Program-made: the position numbers and the translations under genes
In this document: piece by piece, positions 1-7,905 of the stretch
Numbering within the stretch: position 1 is the first letter of the stretch
Layout of the letters: each line of letters begins with the position of its first letter
Source of the DNA: Candidatus Brocadiia bacterium
GTDB taxonomy: Bacteria > Planctomycetota > Brocadiia > SM23-32
Reading direction: 5' to 3'
Assembly (NCBI GenBank): GCA_046538485.1
Contig: JBKHIT010000071.1
Location: 1-21,374 of the forward strand
Length of the DNA stretch: 21,374 bases
Notes under the pieces: generated by a model
Database searches by the model: none
Told to the model about the DNA's origin: nothing
What the model saw: only the letters and a program-made list of their open reading frames with translations

Positions 1-1367
1 AAATCGTCGCCGAAAAGAATTTCCCCGGGTTCCGCTCGCCAATCGAGCGGCAACTTTGCGTAAATTGGATAGGCCCTGTCGCTAACAGCATGCAAAATGG
101 TTTCCCGCAGGAGTTTGTCAGTAAGAGTTCCCCGCCACATGGAATGGAAACTGAGCGGCACTGCCAGTCTATAACACACGCCCTTTCCAAAAGGCCGACG
201 GAAGATGGCACCGCCGCCTTTGTTTTTACGTCGCCAGACTTTGGGCCGTCTTCGCCCGGGAATGTACTTGAAATACCGCTTCAGACCCGAAACGCGCCCG
301 TAGATCTTAGTGTCCGGGTGTTTGGGCTCGAAATGAATAATTTCACAGGCGATATCTCGTGCTAGTTTGAGCTTTGTTTTCTGCTGGACATCGAATAACT
401 CGGAGGAATCTTTGTGCAAAACCGCATGATCCATCGTCCCTTTGCCCCCCTTTGGCACCCAAAGCTCACCGTCCTCGGCGGAGAGCCGCAATCTCCCCCC
501 ACCGTCAACAAACTCGGCGATTAAAATACCCCCTTCGGCGACATATCTCTCGAGTGAATCTTCACCCAACCGGCAGGGATAACGGCCGTGGCACGAAAGC
601 GTCACGCAAAGCAAATCGTAGCGAGAGAGGAAATCACTGTTGTGCAATTCCGCCACTGGAATTCGTTCGTGCGGAATCCCAAGACGCGTCAACATCGATT
701 CGTAGCCACTTCGATAGGGTCCGGCCACGGCCGCGGCAAACCGACGGGGCGGGACATCATCCATCGGTTTTTCTTTCCCTTCTCCCCCGTCAGCTATCGG
801 GATACTTTTCCCCAGTTTTCCGGAGGGTATTTTCTGCCGTTCGTTCGTCAGCAGAATTTCATCGACCCCAAGACCATCCTCACGGGCTACAAGTCTGAGG
901 ACATGACTGCCCGATTCGAGTGTCAGTGTGGGACCGGGGACCCAATGCCAGCTGCGGTATGTACCATCATTACCGACGACAAAATCACGATCATCGACTC
1001 TCACCGTAATGCTATTGCCGCAGCCGTCGTTCCACTTTGCTCGTACCCAGACGTTCATTTCCAGGTTCGAATCGAGCTCGAAACTGTATTCTGCAAACGG
1101 TCGCAGGGTGACAACTTTCAGGATCCCTTCCGGGACAAAAAGCGCCGAGGTATTGCCCGAGCGCTGCTTTCTCATACCGCGCGACATGTCGACCGGGTCT
1201 GCAGCGTTAAGAAGCACATTAACCGGCTCTGGTTTTGGGGTAATCCCATGGGGCTCCACTTCCGACCGGCTCCCGATCCCTGCCAGCCACAGCACAATCC
1301 CTGAGCTGACGATCATAGCCAGGGCCAGTGTTATTTTCCGGAGGGCCAATTTGCGAACATCGGGCAC
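1..1367 (-). CDS. Exported or membrane-anchored multidomain protein (CBM-like beta-sandwich plus class I GATase-like/trimerisation domain); 3' end outside window
   Basis: Manual translation: open frame from GTG 1367 (GGAGGT RBS at 1377-1382) to the window edge, at least 455 codons. N-terminus MPDVRKLALRKITLALAMIVSSGIVLWLAG is a basic plus hydrophobic signal/anchor. Later motifs: VWVRAKWNDGCGNS..GNDGTYRSWHWV..GSHVLRLVAREDGLGVDEILLT, LSRYDLLCV..LERYVAEGGILI, RPFGKG. Not in the ORF track because the stop lies outside the window; the + ORFs 90..365 and 588..1304 are its in-frame antisense shadows. Confidence 0.85.
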   Translation of the reverse strand, partial: MPDVRKLALRKITLALAMIVSSGIVLWLAGIGSRSEVEPHGITPKPEPVNVLLNAADPVDMSRGMRKQRSGNTSALFVPEGILKVVTLRPFAEYSFELDSNLEMNVWVRAKWNDGCGNSITVRVDDRDFVVGNDGTYRSWHWVPGPTLTLESGSHVLRLVAREDGLGVDEILLTNERQKIPSGKLGKSIPIADGGEGKEKPMDDVPPRRFAAAVAGPYRSGYESMLTRLGIPHERIPVAELHNSDFLSRYDLLCVTLSCHGRYPCRLGEDSLERYVAEGGILIAEFVDGGGRLRLSAEDGELWVPKGGKGTMDHAVLHKDSSELFDVQQKTKLKLARDIACEIIHFEPKHPDTKIYGRVSGLKRYFKYIPGRRRPKVWRRKNKGGGAIFRRPFGKGVCYRLAVPLSFHSMWRGTLTDKLLRETILHAVSDRAYPIYAKLPLDWRAEPGEILFGDD

Positions 1368-1451
1368 GACTGAACTACCTCCAAGAATTGATGAGATGAA
1401 TCTGGAACTTGAAACCCGACACTAACATCACATGTGGGTGGGGCGTCCCCC

Positions 1452-2609
1452 TCAGTCAATACCCAGTTCCTCGTTAATTTCCCCCTGGTAATCTTCGATG
1501 GCCAGGTCTTCAACCTCTTCAATACTCACTCGTCGACCGGTCCGGTCGGATTCGAATAAGGCCAGGGCTATAGCTTCCGCGTGGTATCCCTCCAGAGCGT
1601 CCGTCTCGACTTTCCCGCGACCCTGAACGGCCTCAAAAAACTGGTGAAGCTCGATCCCTATGGTATCCTCCACCCCGTGGGGGAAAAGCTCTTCCCGCTC
1701 CTCTTCAGTAAGGCTATTTTGGTGGGCTTCGATAAGTTCTTCAATCGAGAGTTCTCTATCGCCGGATGTCAGACCGCTATCAAAATGCAGGCTACCTTCG
1801 GAGCCATAAATAGCATTTTTATTGAATGCTTCGCCTCTGGCGACATTCGTGCTGATCCAGGTTCCCAGCGCGCCGTTTTCGAATTCCAGCAAGGTTTCGG
1901 AGCAATCTTCCACATCAACATCTATTGGGCCGGTCAGATTTTCACGGTCCTGGTAGCGCACGGGGAAAAATGAGCGCACGTTGGCACTCACTGTCGTGAC
2001 CGGACCGATGAAGTAACGGAACAAATCGCAATAATGGACTCCTCCGTCCAGTGCCCATCCTGCGCCAGCCTGCATTTTATGCTCTCGCCACCCCCAATAC
2101 CAGAGCCGCTCCCGCACCTGCAGCCAGAAGATCATCCAAGGATCGCCGATCATCCCGCTGTCAATCGCCCACCTGATGGCGCGGTTGCTGGCTTTCAAGC
2201 GATAATTCTCCGCGGTCTGGACGATGCGATCAGCTTTCTTCGCAGCATCGATTATCTTTTTTGCCGCCCGAAGCGTGATTCCAAGTGGTTTTTCGATCGT
2301 GACATGTTTCCCAGCCTCAAGACAGGGAACTGCTATGGTGTGATGTTCGCTATGAAGAGTGCAGATATCAACTCCATCGCATTCCGGCCCCTTGTCCAGC
2401 AATACCTCAAAATCTTCGAACGTCTCAGGCCGTGACCTCTGGACTTTCTCAAGTTCATCCGCCTTTTCTTCCGCCTTCTCCGGAACCACATCGCAGGTGG
2501 CGACGATCTCAAAGTCCCGGTAGCCCGCATTCCACAGAGCATCCAGCCCGCGGCAGTGGGCTCCCGCAATTCCTCCGCAACCAATCATAGCAATCTTAAC
2601 TTTGCTCAC
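1452..2609 (-). CDS. Gfo/Idh/MocA family NAD(P)-dependent oxidoreductase
   Basis: KIAMIGCGGIA Rossmann motif, AGKHVTIEKP, DGGVHYCD. Start moved to GTG 2609, behind a GGGAGA RBS. Confidence 0.93.
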   Translation of the reverse strand: MSKVKIAMIGCGGIAGAHCRGLDALWNAGYRDFEIVATCDVVPEKAEEKADELEKVQRSRPETFEDFEVLLDKGPECDGVDICTLHSEHHTIAVPCLEAGKHVTIEKPLGITLRAAKKIIDAAKKADRIVQTAENYRLKASNRAIRWAIDSGMIGDPWMIFWLQVRERLWYWGWREHKMQAGAGWALDGGVHYCDLFRYFIGPVTTVSANVRSFFPVRYQDRENLTGPIDVDVEDCSETLLEFENGALGTWISTNVARGEAFNKNAIYGSEGSLHFDSGLTSGDRELSIEELIEAHQNSLTEEEREELFPHGVEDTIGIELHQFFEAVQGRGKVETDALEGYHAEAIALALFESDRTGRRVSIEEVEDLAIEDYQGEINEELGID

Positions 2610-2670
2610 GACGGATCTCCCAAAAAACGTGGCAGGGCAGATCACCCTCTATTCGCCCCCGAGAAAACAT

Positions 2671-2699
2671 AGTTTACAACACAGCCATACGCTTTCCAA
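2671..2699 (-). promoter_or_regulatory. Putative sigma70 promoter of the Gfo/Idh/MocA gene
   Basis: Minus strand TTGGAA-N17-TAAACT, about 60 nt upstream of the start. Confidence 0.5.
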
Positions 2700-2774
2700 T
2701 CGATTCCACACCCCGAACAGGACAACTCTCGGCGCCAACTCTCTTTTGCTCACGCCAAATTCAACCCGTAACAC

Positions 2775-2940
2775 TTAACCCGCATATTTCAAGCCCGACA
2801 GGGTGAATTCCTGCCGTTTGTTTGAAAAAGCGCTCAGCACAGGGTGTGTACAAATCATCATGGCAAACTCCGTAGTAAGGCCAATTCCAGACATGCTTTA
2901 TAGTAATATCACTTCGGAATTCATGAAATATGCGGGGTAA
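2775..2940. mobile_element. MITE-like or invertible 166-bp element with 17-bp terminal inverted repeats
   Basis: TTAACCCGCATATTTCA (2775-2791) and TGAAATATGCGGGGTAA (2924-2940) are 16/17 reverse complements. No transposase inside and no clear target-site duplication. Confidence 0.5.
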
Positions 2941-2996
2941 AATCCTCTCCGTTCTGCGGCTGCGCTCCCCCTCTGATACACAGATAAATACCGGCT

Positions 2997-4088
2997 TCAG
3001 GGAGACCATTTGCGGCCTTCGTCCAACATTGCCAGGTAATTATCGAGCGGAATGTAATTCGCAACGCTGTTTCCCGTGCCAAGACAGAACCCCCCACCCG
3101 GCATGCATGCCTCGAGGGTCTCACAGACTTTTCCTCGAACCTCTTCTTCGGACGCCCGACACAGCAAATCGACATCTATTCCTCCAAGTAATGCGATGCG
3201 ATCCCCGTACTTTTCCTCCGCTTCGATAACCGTCTCGAAAACATCTTCGAAAGAGTGTTTACCGTCAATTTGGACGTCTTCAATCAGGTCATCGATTATC
3301 GCTTCCAAATTGCCACAGGAGTGAAGAATGTACGGTCTTCCGGCTTCGTGGGACATCTGGGCCATAATTTTATGCCCGGGCAGCATAAACTCCCGCGTAT
3401 CGTCCGGACTGATAAGGGTCCCCGTTTTGTACCCCATATCGTCGCTGCCCCAGACGATTTTCACGCGATCGAACTGGAGGATCTTCCCCAGTATAATCCG
3501 GTACATGTCCAGAAGACGATCACTGATGGCTCTTACAAGGTCTCTTTGGTCGTAAAGGGAATAACAGAGGCTTTCATACCCCATCAGCCAGGTCAGATAC
3601 TCGGCGAAATGGCCGAAACCCCCGCTCCCGATTATGCACATGTCTTCCGGCAGGTTTTCTTCGTACCACTCAAGAGCCGTGGTTGTCGTTTCGTGCGGGT
3701 CCGGCCAGGGATAATTTTCGTAATCTTCCCAGCTGGTAATCGGGCCCGCGTGTTCCTCCATGTACGCTCGCCCCCCTTCTCGCTTCAGGTCAGCGGTGTC
3801 CTCGATATTGCTCCGGTTGAGAGGCATATTCAGATTTCCAACGCCCTGGCGGACATAGTCGTAACCGAGAAAACGCTGGATCGCCACTTCCCTCTTCAGG
3901 TTATAAAACTCCTCACCGGGATCCAGATGATCGGTGACGCCGTAACGCTCACAGATTTCGTCCTTGACCTCACCATCGAGAAACAGCTCAATATAATGAA
4001 CACGTTCCGGTGTCCCTTCCATCATGATGCACGATCGAAACGCTTCCCAATCGGGCTCAACTTTCACAGAAAATGGACCCTCTACCAT
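2997..4088 (-). CDS. Uroporphyrinogen decarboxylase-like (URO-D/MtaA-CmuA superfamily) protein
   Basis: PITSWEDYENYPWPDP, LMGYESLC, SDDMGYKTGTLISP, LHSCGN, LLGGIDVD, GGGFCLGTGNSV; GAGGA RBS. Lacks the HemE RQAGR motif. Confidence 0.92.
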   Translation of the reverse strand: MVEGPFSVKVEPDWEAFRSCIMMEGTPERVHYIELFLDGEVKDEICERYGVTDHLDPGEEFYNLKREVAIQRFLGYDYVRQGVGNLNMPLNRSNIEDTADLKREGGRAYMEEHAGPITSWEDYENYPWPDPHETTTTALEWYEENLPEDMCIIGSGGFGHFAEYLTWLMGYESLCYSLYDQRDLVRAISDRLLDMYRIILGKILQFDRVKIVWGSDDMGYKTGTLISPDDTREFMLPGHKIMAQMSHEAGRPYILHSCGNLEAIIDDLIEDVQIDGKHSFEDVFETVIEAEEKYGDRIALLGGIDVDLLCRASEEEVRGKVCETLEACMPGGGFCLGTGNSVANYIPLDNYLAMLDEGRKWSP

Positions 4089-4210
4089 AATGTATCCTCA
4101 TTGCGCTTTTTTAAAACACGAGAAATGCGCAAAATCACGTCTTTTTCCCATCGAACTTTTATTCGAGCTCCGGCAACTCTGGAAAATATGTTCATAAGGA
4201 CGAAATTTTT

Positions 4211-4239
4211 ACCTTACCAAAAAGGGCCATACTGAACAA
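4211..4239 (-). promoter_or_regulatory. Possible sigma70 promoter for the URO-D-like gene
   Basis: Minus strand TTGTTC-N17-TAAGGT with an extended -10 TG. Confidence 0.35.
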
Positions 4240-4269
4240 GACATCGATCCAGTAAACAGTGTCGCCCGT

Positions 4270-4299
4270 TTGACATCTGAGGGCATATGAGGGCATATT
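4270..4299 (+). promoter_or_regulatory. Putative sigma70 promoter containing a tandem 10-bp direct repeat
   Basis: TTGACA (4270-4275)-N18-CATATT (4294-4299). TGAGGGCATA occurs twice in tandem at 4278-4297. Confidence 0.55.
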
Positions 4300-4355
4300 A
4301 AACGCTTTACATAAGTCACCGTTTAATACAACGTTTCAAAGTCTGGAGTCTTTCA

Positions 4356-5369
4356 ATGGATCAAGTCAGAACTGGGGTCATCGGATTGGGCATGGGTCAG
4401 GCACATCTGCGAGGCTATGAAAACGCTCCGAATGCGAGAACGGTAGCGGTCTGCGACATCGATGAAAATAGGCTGGAAGAGGTCGTTGGAAACTGTGATG
4501 AAATTCAAAAATTCACAGACACCACCGAAATGCTGAATCTCCCGGAACTCGATGCGGTTAGCATCGCACTGCCCAATTACCTGCATGCTCCCATCACCAT
4601 CGAAGCGCTCAAAGCCGGAAAACATGTCCTGTGTGAGAAACCCATGGCCATGAATTCTGCAGAGGCCATGGAAATGAAAGAAACCGCTGAAGAGGCAGGT
4701 CTTAAACTGATGTTGCATTTTAACATGCGGTTCATGAACACGGCCGCGACTCTGAAACCGCTTCTGAGTTCGGGCTCGCTCGGCACAATCTACCACGCCA
4801 CAACAACATATACTCGTCAGAACGGTTATCCCAAACCGGGAGGTTGGTTCGGACAAAAAGACAAAAGCGGCGGCGGCCCGATGATCGACCTGGGCGTCCA
4901 CCGGCTTGACCTTGCCCTGTGGTTGATGGATTACCCCCGCCCCGTATCCGTGCTCGGCGGTGTCTACGACCATCTTGCTCAACGAAAACTCGCGGACGCC
5001 GATTTTGACTGCGAAGATTTCTCGACCGGAATGATTCGGTTTGAAAACGGCGCGACTCTCTACTTGACCGCAAGCTGGGACGGCTATCAGCCGGAATCGA
5101 CCGAAATCACAATGGCGCTCTACGGAACGGAAGGTTCCGCCTTCGAACGCAGTGGGACCCTCACCTACTGCCACGAAAAAGATGGAGAAGCAATCTCCCA
5201 GCGCCTGGAGCAGCGCGACCCCGACGAATCTCCCCAGGAACATTTTGTGCGCTCGATCCTTGAAGACATTCCTCCGGGCCCCTGCGCTGAACACGGTGTG
5301 ATCGTGATGAAAATACTTGATGCCATTTACGAATCTGCCCGCACCGGACATGAAGTCAGTATCGCCTGA
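4356..5369 (+). CDS. Gfo/Idh/MocA family oxidoreductase
   Basis: GVIGLGMG, ALPNYLH, AGKHVLCEKP, SGGGPMIDLGVHRLD; GGAG RBS. Confidence 0.95.
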   Translation: MDQVRTGVIGLGMGQAHLRGYENAPNARTVAVCDIDENRLEEVVGNCDEIQKFTDTTEMLNLPELDAVSIALPNYLHAPITIEALKAGKHVLCEKPMAMNSAEAMEMKETAEEAGLKLMLHFNMRFMNTAATLKPLLSSGSLGTIYHATTTYTRQNGYPKPGGWFGQKDKSGGGPMIDLGVHRLDLALWLMDYPRPVSVLGGVYDHLAQRKLADADFDCEDFSTGMIRFENGATLYLTASWDGYQPESTEITMALYGTEGSAFERSGTLTYCHEKDGEAISQRLEQRDPDESPQEHFVRSILEDIPPGPCAEHGVIVMKILDAIYESARTGHEVSIA

Positions 5370-5372
5370 TTG

Positions 5373-6470
5373 CTACGCGCTGTTGATCGCGTTAGCCCCG
5401 CGCAATTCCTGCTCAAAGGTAGCAGGGAGAAATCTCGATTGCTCCATCGGTTCGCCTTCCCGGATGGCGCTGATGCGGTTCAGACAAAGCCGCAGAAGTT
5501 CCTCGGCGTCAAAACCAAGTCGTTGGACAGGCACCTGCGCCTCAGGAGCTGCCGGGAAATTTGTGGCTGCCACCACTTGGAGTTCATCAGGAACTTTCAC
5601 CCCCGACGCCCCAACTCCCATCGTTGCCATCGTCACCAAATTATCGTCGGCAATCACGAGACCGTCCGGACGGTCCTCTTTGCCACTCATCAGAAGATGA
5701 ACGTATGTCGCAAGTGCGTCCCCATCGCGAGGGTCCACTCTGTATTTCCAGTATGGGCGCACTTCCAGATCGAGCTCATGGGCAAGATGCTCGAAACGTC
5801 GGCGACCACCCTGGCCGCTTCGTGCATGAAGCACAGCGACAGCACTCCGTCCGTTTTCAACGAGGTACTTGAGCGCTTTCTCCATAAAATTCTGGGCATC
5901 AACATAAACGGACGGCACCGCGGGTCTTGGTGAAGAAGCCGCCACTGCAACCCGTGGAAGGGATTCATTCCGGAAAAAGTTCTCCACATCCGGACAATCA
6001 ACAAATACCAGTCCCGCCACCCGCCGCGATTCAACATCTTCCATCAGATTCTGGCGGGTCTCACCCTCTCGGCCGAAATCAATCGAATCATAGCAAACGA
6101 TCTGAAGTTGCTGTTCGGCAGCCACGGATTTGGCTGCTTCGCGCAAAGCCGTGTAAAACTGCGAGTAAATATCTCGCTCCGAATGGGGCTGCATCGGCAT
6201 CACGAGCCCGTGACGTTTGAGGTGCGGAACACTCTCACTCACAAATGTGCCCTGTCCTCTGGTTGCCTCCAGAAATCCCTCCTCAATCAAACGGTCCACA
6301 GCCGCTTGAATCGTCCCATTGCTGGCCTCAAATTCCTCGATCAGCTCGGTACGCTTGGGGAACCTCGCACCGGGCGGAAATTGTCCCGACACAATCCGAT
6401 CTCGCAACATCGACACAATCTCATCGATTCGAGTCCCCCGTTCCGACATTACATCACGGCCAGAAACCAT
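5373..6470 (-). CDS. GntR-family regulator with C-terminal periplasmic-binding-protein-like (LacI-type) sensor domain, AraR-like architecture
   Basis: wHTH motif LRDRIVSGQFPPGARFP..LIEEF..S..T...A...L..EGFL....GQGTFV. C-terminal RPDGLVIADD..GVKVPDELQVV is typical of LacI-type ligand domains. AAAGGA RBS. Confidence 0.92.
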   Translation of the reverse strand: MVSGRDVMSERGTRIDEIVSMLRDRIVSGQFPPGARFPKRTELIEEFEASNGTIQAAVDRLIEEGFLEATRGQGTFVSESVPHLKRHGLVMPMQPHSERDIYSQFYTALREAAKSVAAEQQLQIVCYDSIDFGREGETRQNLMEDVESRRVAGLVFVDCPDVENFFRNESLPRVAVAASSPRPAVPSVYVDAQNFMEKALKYLVENGRSAVAVLHARSGQGGRRRFEHLAHELDLEVRPYWKYRVDPRDGDALATYVHLLMSGKEDRPDGLVIADDNLVTMATMGVGASGVKVPDELQVVAATNFPAAPEAQVPVQRLGFDAEELLRLCLNRISAIREGEPMEQSRFLPATFEQELRGANAINSA

Positions 6471-6552
6471 ACGGACGTCCTTTCCAGGAAAGCCTTAGTG
6501 CCTGACTAATGGCATAGAACGGCTCCAAATACTAAGTTTTTGCGCGATCACG

Positions 6553-6581
6553 ATATTACATGCGGACCGACGAGTCGTCAA
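6553..6581 (-). promoter_or_regulatory. Putative sigma70 promoter of the GntR regulator
   Basis: Minus strand TTGACG-N17-TAATAT. Overlapped by the palindrome GACGA-G-TCGTC (6569-6579), a possible operator. Confidence 0.65.
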
Positions 6582-6664
6582 GCAAGCGCAGCACGAAGAT
6601 ACCCCTCGGCAAAATGCTTGCGTCCCGCCGTTCCACCGCCCCGAAAAGCTCTCGTTTCGCCTGT

Positions 6665-7897
6665 CTACAACGCTTCCTCTTCTTCCAACTTCTGGCTTTC
6701 TGCCGTCAATCGCTTCAAGCTGAGCCCCTCATACCAGAGAAAACCAAGGCCCACAATTGTGATTGGCACAACGTTGACGATCCACATCAGCAGGGCAAAT
6801 GCCCCCGCTGTTCCCACACCGCCGGCCCGCCCGACAAGTGCGATTCCTCCGAACAACACCAGCAGAACGCTGGTTATAGTGAAAGGTTTTGTGGTTGGAC
6901 CTCCGGTCCCGGTCATGGCACGGGCCACCGCCCAGGCAGCCGCCTGAAACGGCCCCACAAAAGCGGGGCCCTGTGGCACCGCAACCGCCGCAGCCACCGC
7001 AATCACCGCCAGACATGAACCCGCCAGTCCCAGATCAAGATCAAGGGCTCGGCCAATTGCATATGTGCTGGCCGCCAGGGAAAACCAGACCCCCATCGAA
7101 TAGATAAATGCCAGACTGACACCCCGGAGGTTGCGGAGAAATCCCATGGCTTCGGTGAGCGATCTGAGGAATTCCTCCAGGTGTTCCTGCCACGAAGCAG
7201 GGAAAAAGCGCAAAAAAAAGGCACCCAGCCTGTAAAAACGGTCGGGGAAAAGCGCAACACCGGAAAGAATGGCAACACCAATACCCGCCAGCACCGCAAA
7301 AATCATCCCGCCCTGCCAGATCCTGTACAGCAAGTCGTCCCCGTCCGGGCCCTCAGATTCTGTTTCATCCGCCGCTCCGGACCCTCTCATCTCCGCGGTG
7401 GTTTCCGCCGTTCTTTCAGTCCCGGTCTGCGTGGCCTCCGGGTTCGCGATACGGGCCGAGAGCATCCCCCACGTGATCAAAGTGAGAATCCCGAGCGTCA
7501 TCAGATCGAAGACACGTTCCAGACCAGCCGAACTTGCCAGAGCATGTCCAAAACTCAGGTTTTCTTTCCGATAAAGGACGTACGGACGTATCAGTTCGCC
7601 CACTCGCGCGGGGAGAATGCAATTCGCCATAAACCCGATACAGGTGGCAGATGCGATGCTGCTGTAGCGGATAAGGCCCACACGATTCAAAAACACCCGC
7701 CACCTCAGCACGCGAAACGCATACAGCAAACCCAGAAATCCGACTCCTGGAATGAGCCACCGATAATCCGCTCCCATGAATGCCAGCAATACTTCCCCCC
7801 AATGGCCCTGAAGTCTGCTGAAAAAGTAAAAGAGAGCCAAACCGCTGATCACGAAGCCTATCAGGAGAACGGCGATTCGTTTTCGGCTGTGAAACAT
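6665..7897 (-). CDS. Lysylphosphatidylglycerol synthase transmembrane domain (UPF0104/AglD-like flippase) membrane protein
   Basis: RVLRWRVFL, IGFMANCILPARVGELIRPYVL, LERVFD, VPQGPAFVGPFQ; multiple TM helices. Confidence 0.9.
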   Translation of the reverse strand: MFHSRKRIAVLLIGFVISGLALFYFFSRLQGHWGEVLLAFMGADYRWLIPGVGFLGLLYAFRVLRWRVFLNRVGLIRYSSIASATCIGFMANCILPARVGELIRPYVLYRKENLSFGHALASSAGLERVFDLMTLGILTLITWGMLSARIANPEATQTGTERTAETTAEMRGSGAADETESEGPDGDDLLYRIWQGGMIFAVLAGIGVAILSGVALFPDRFYRLGAFFLRFFPASWQEHLEEFLRSLTEAMGFLRNLRGVSLAFIYSMGVWFSLAASTYAIGRALDLDLGLAGSCLAVIAVAAAVAVPQGPAFVGPFQAAAWAVARAMTGTGGPTTKPFTITSVLLVLFGGIALVGRAGGVGTAGAFALLMWIVNVVPITIVGLGFLWYEGLSLKRLTAESQKLEEEEAL

Positions 7898-7905
7898 CCG
7901 GTTCC

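Noticed and set aside
90..1425. Plus-strand ORFs 90..365, 374..898, 588..1304, 928..1425
   Set aside because: Antisense shadows of the real minus-strand gene <1..1367; no recognisable motifs.
2761..3009. 82-aa minus ORF and a 26-aa plus mini-ORF (2860..2940, ending FMKYAG)
   Set aside because: Both run through the inverted-repeat element, show no family motif and have no transposase signature.
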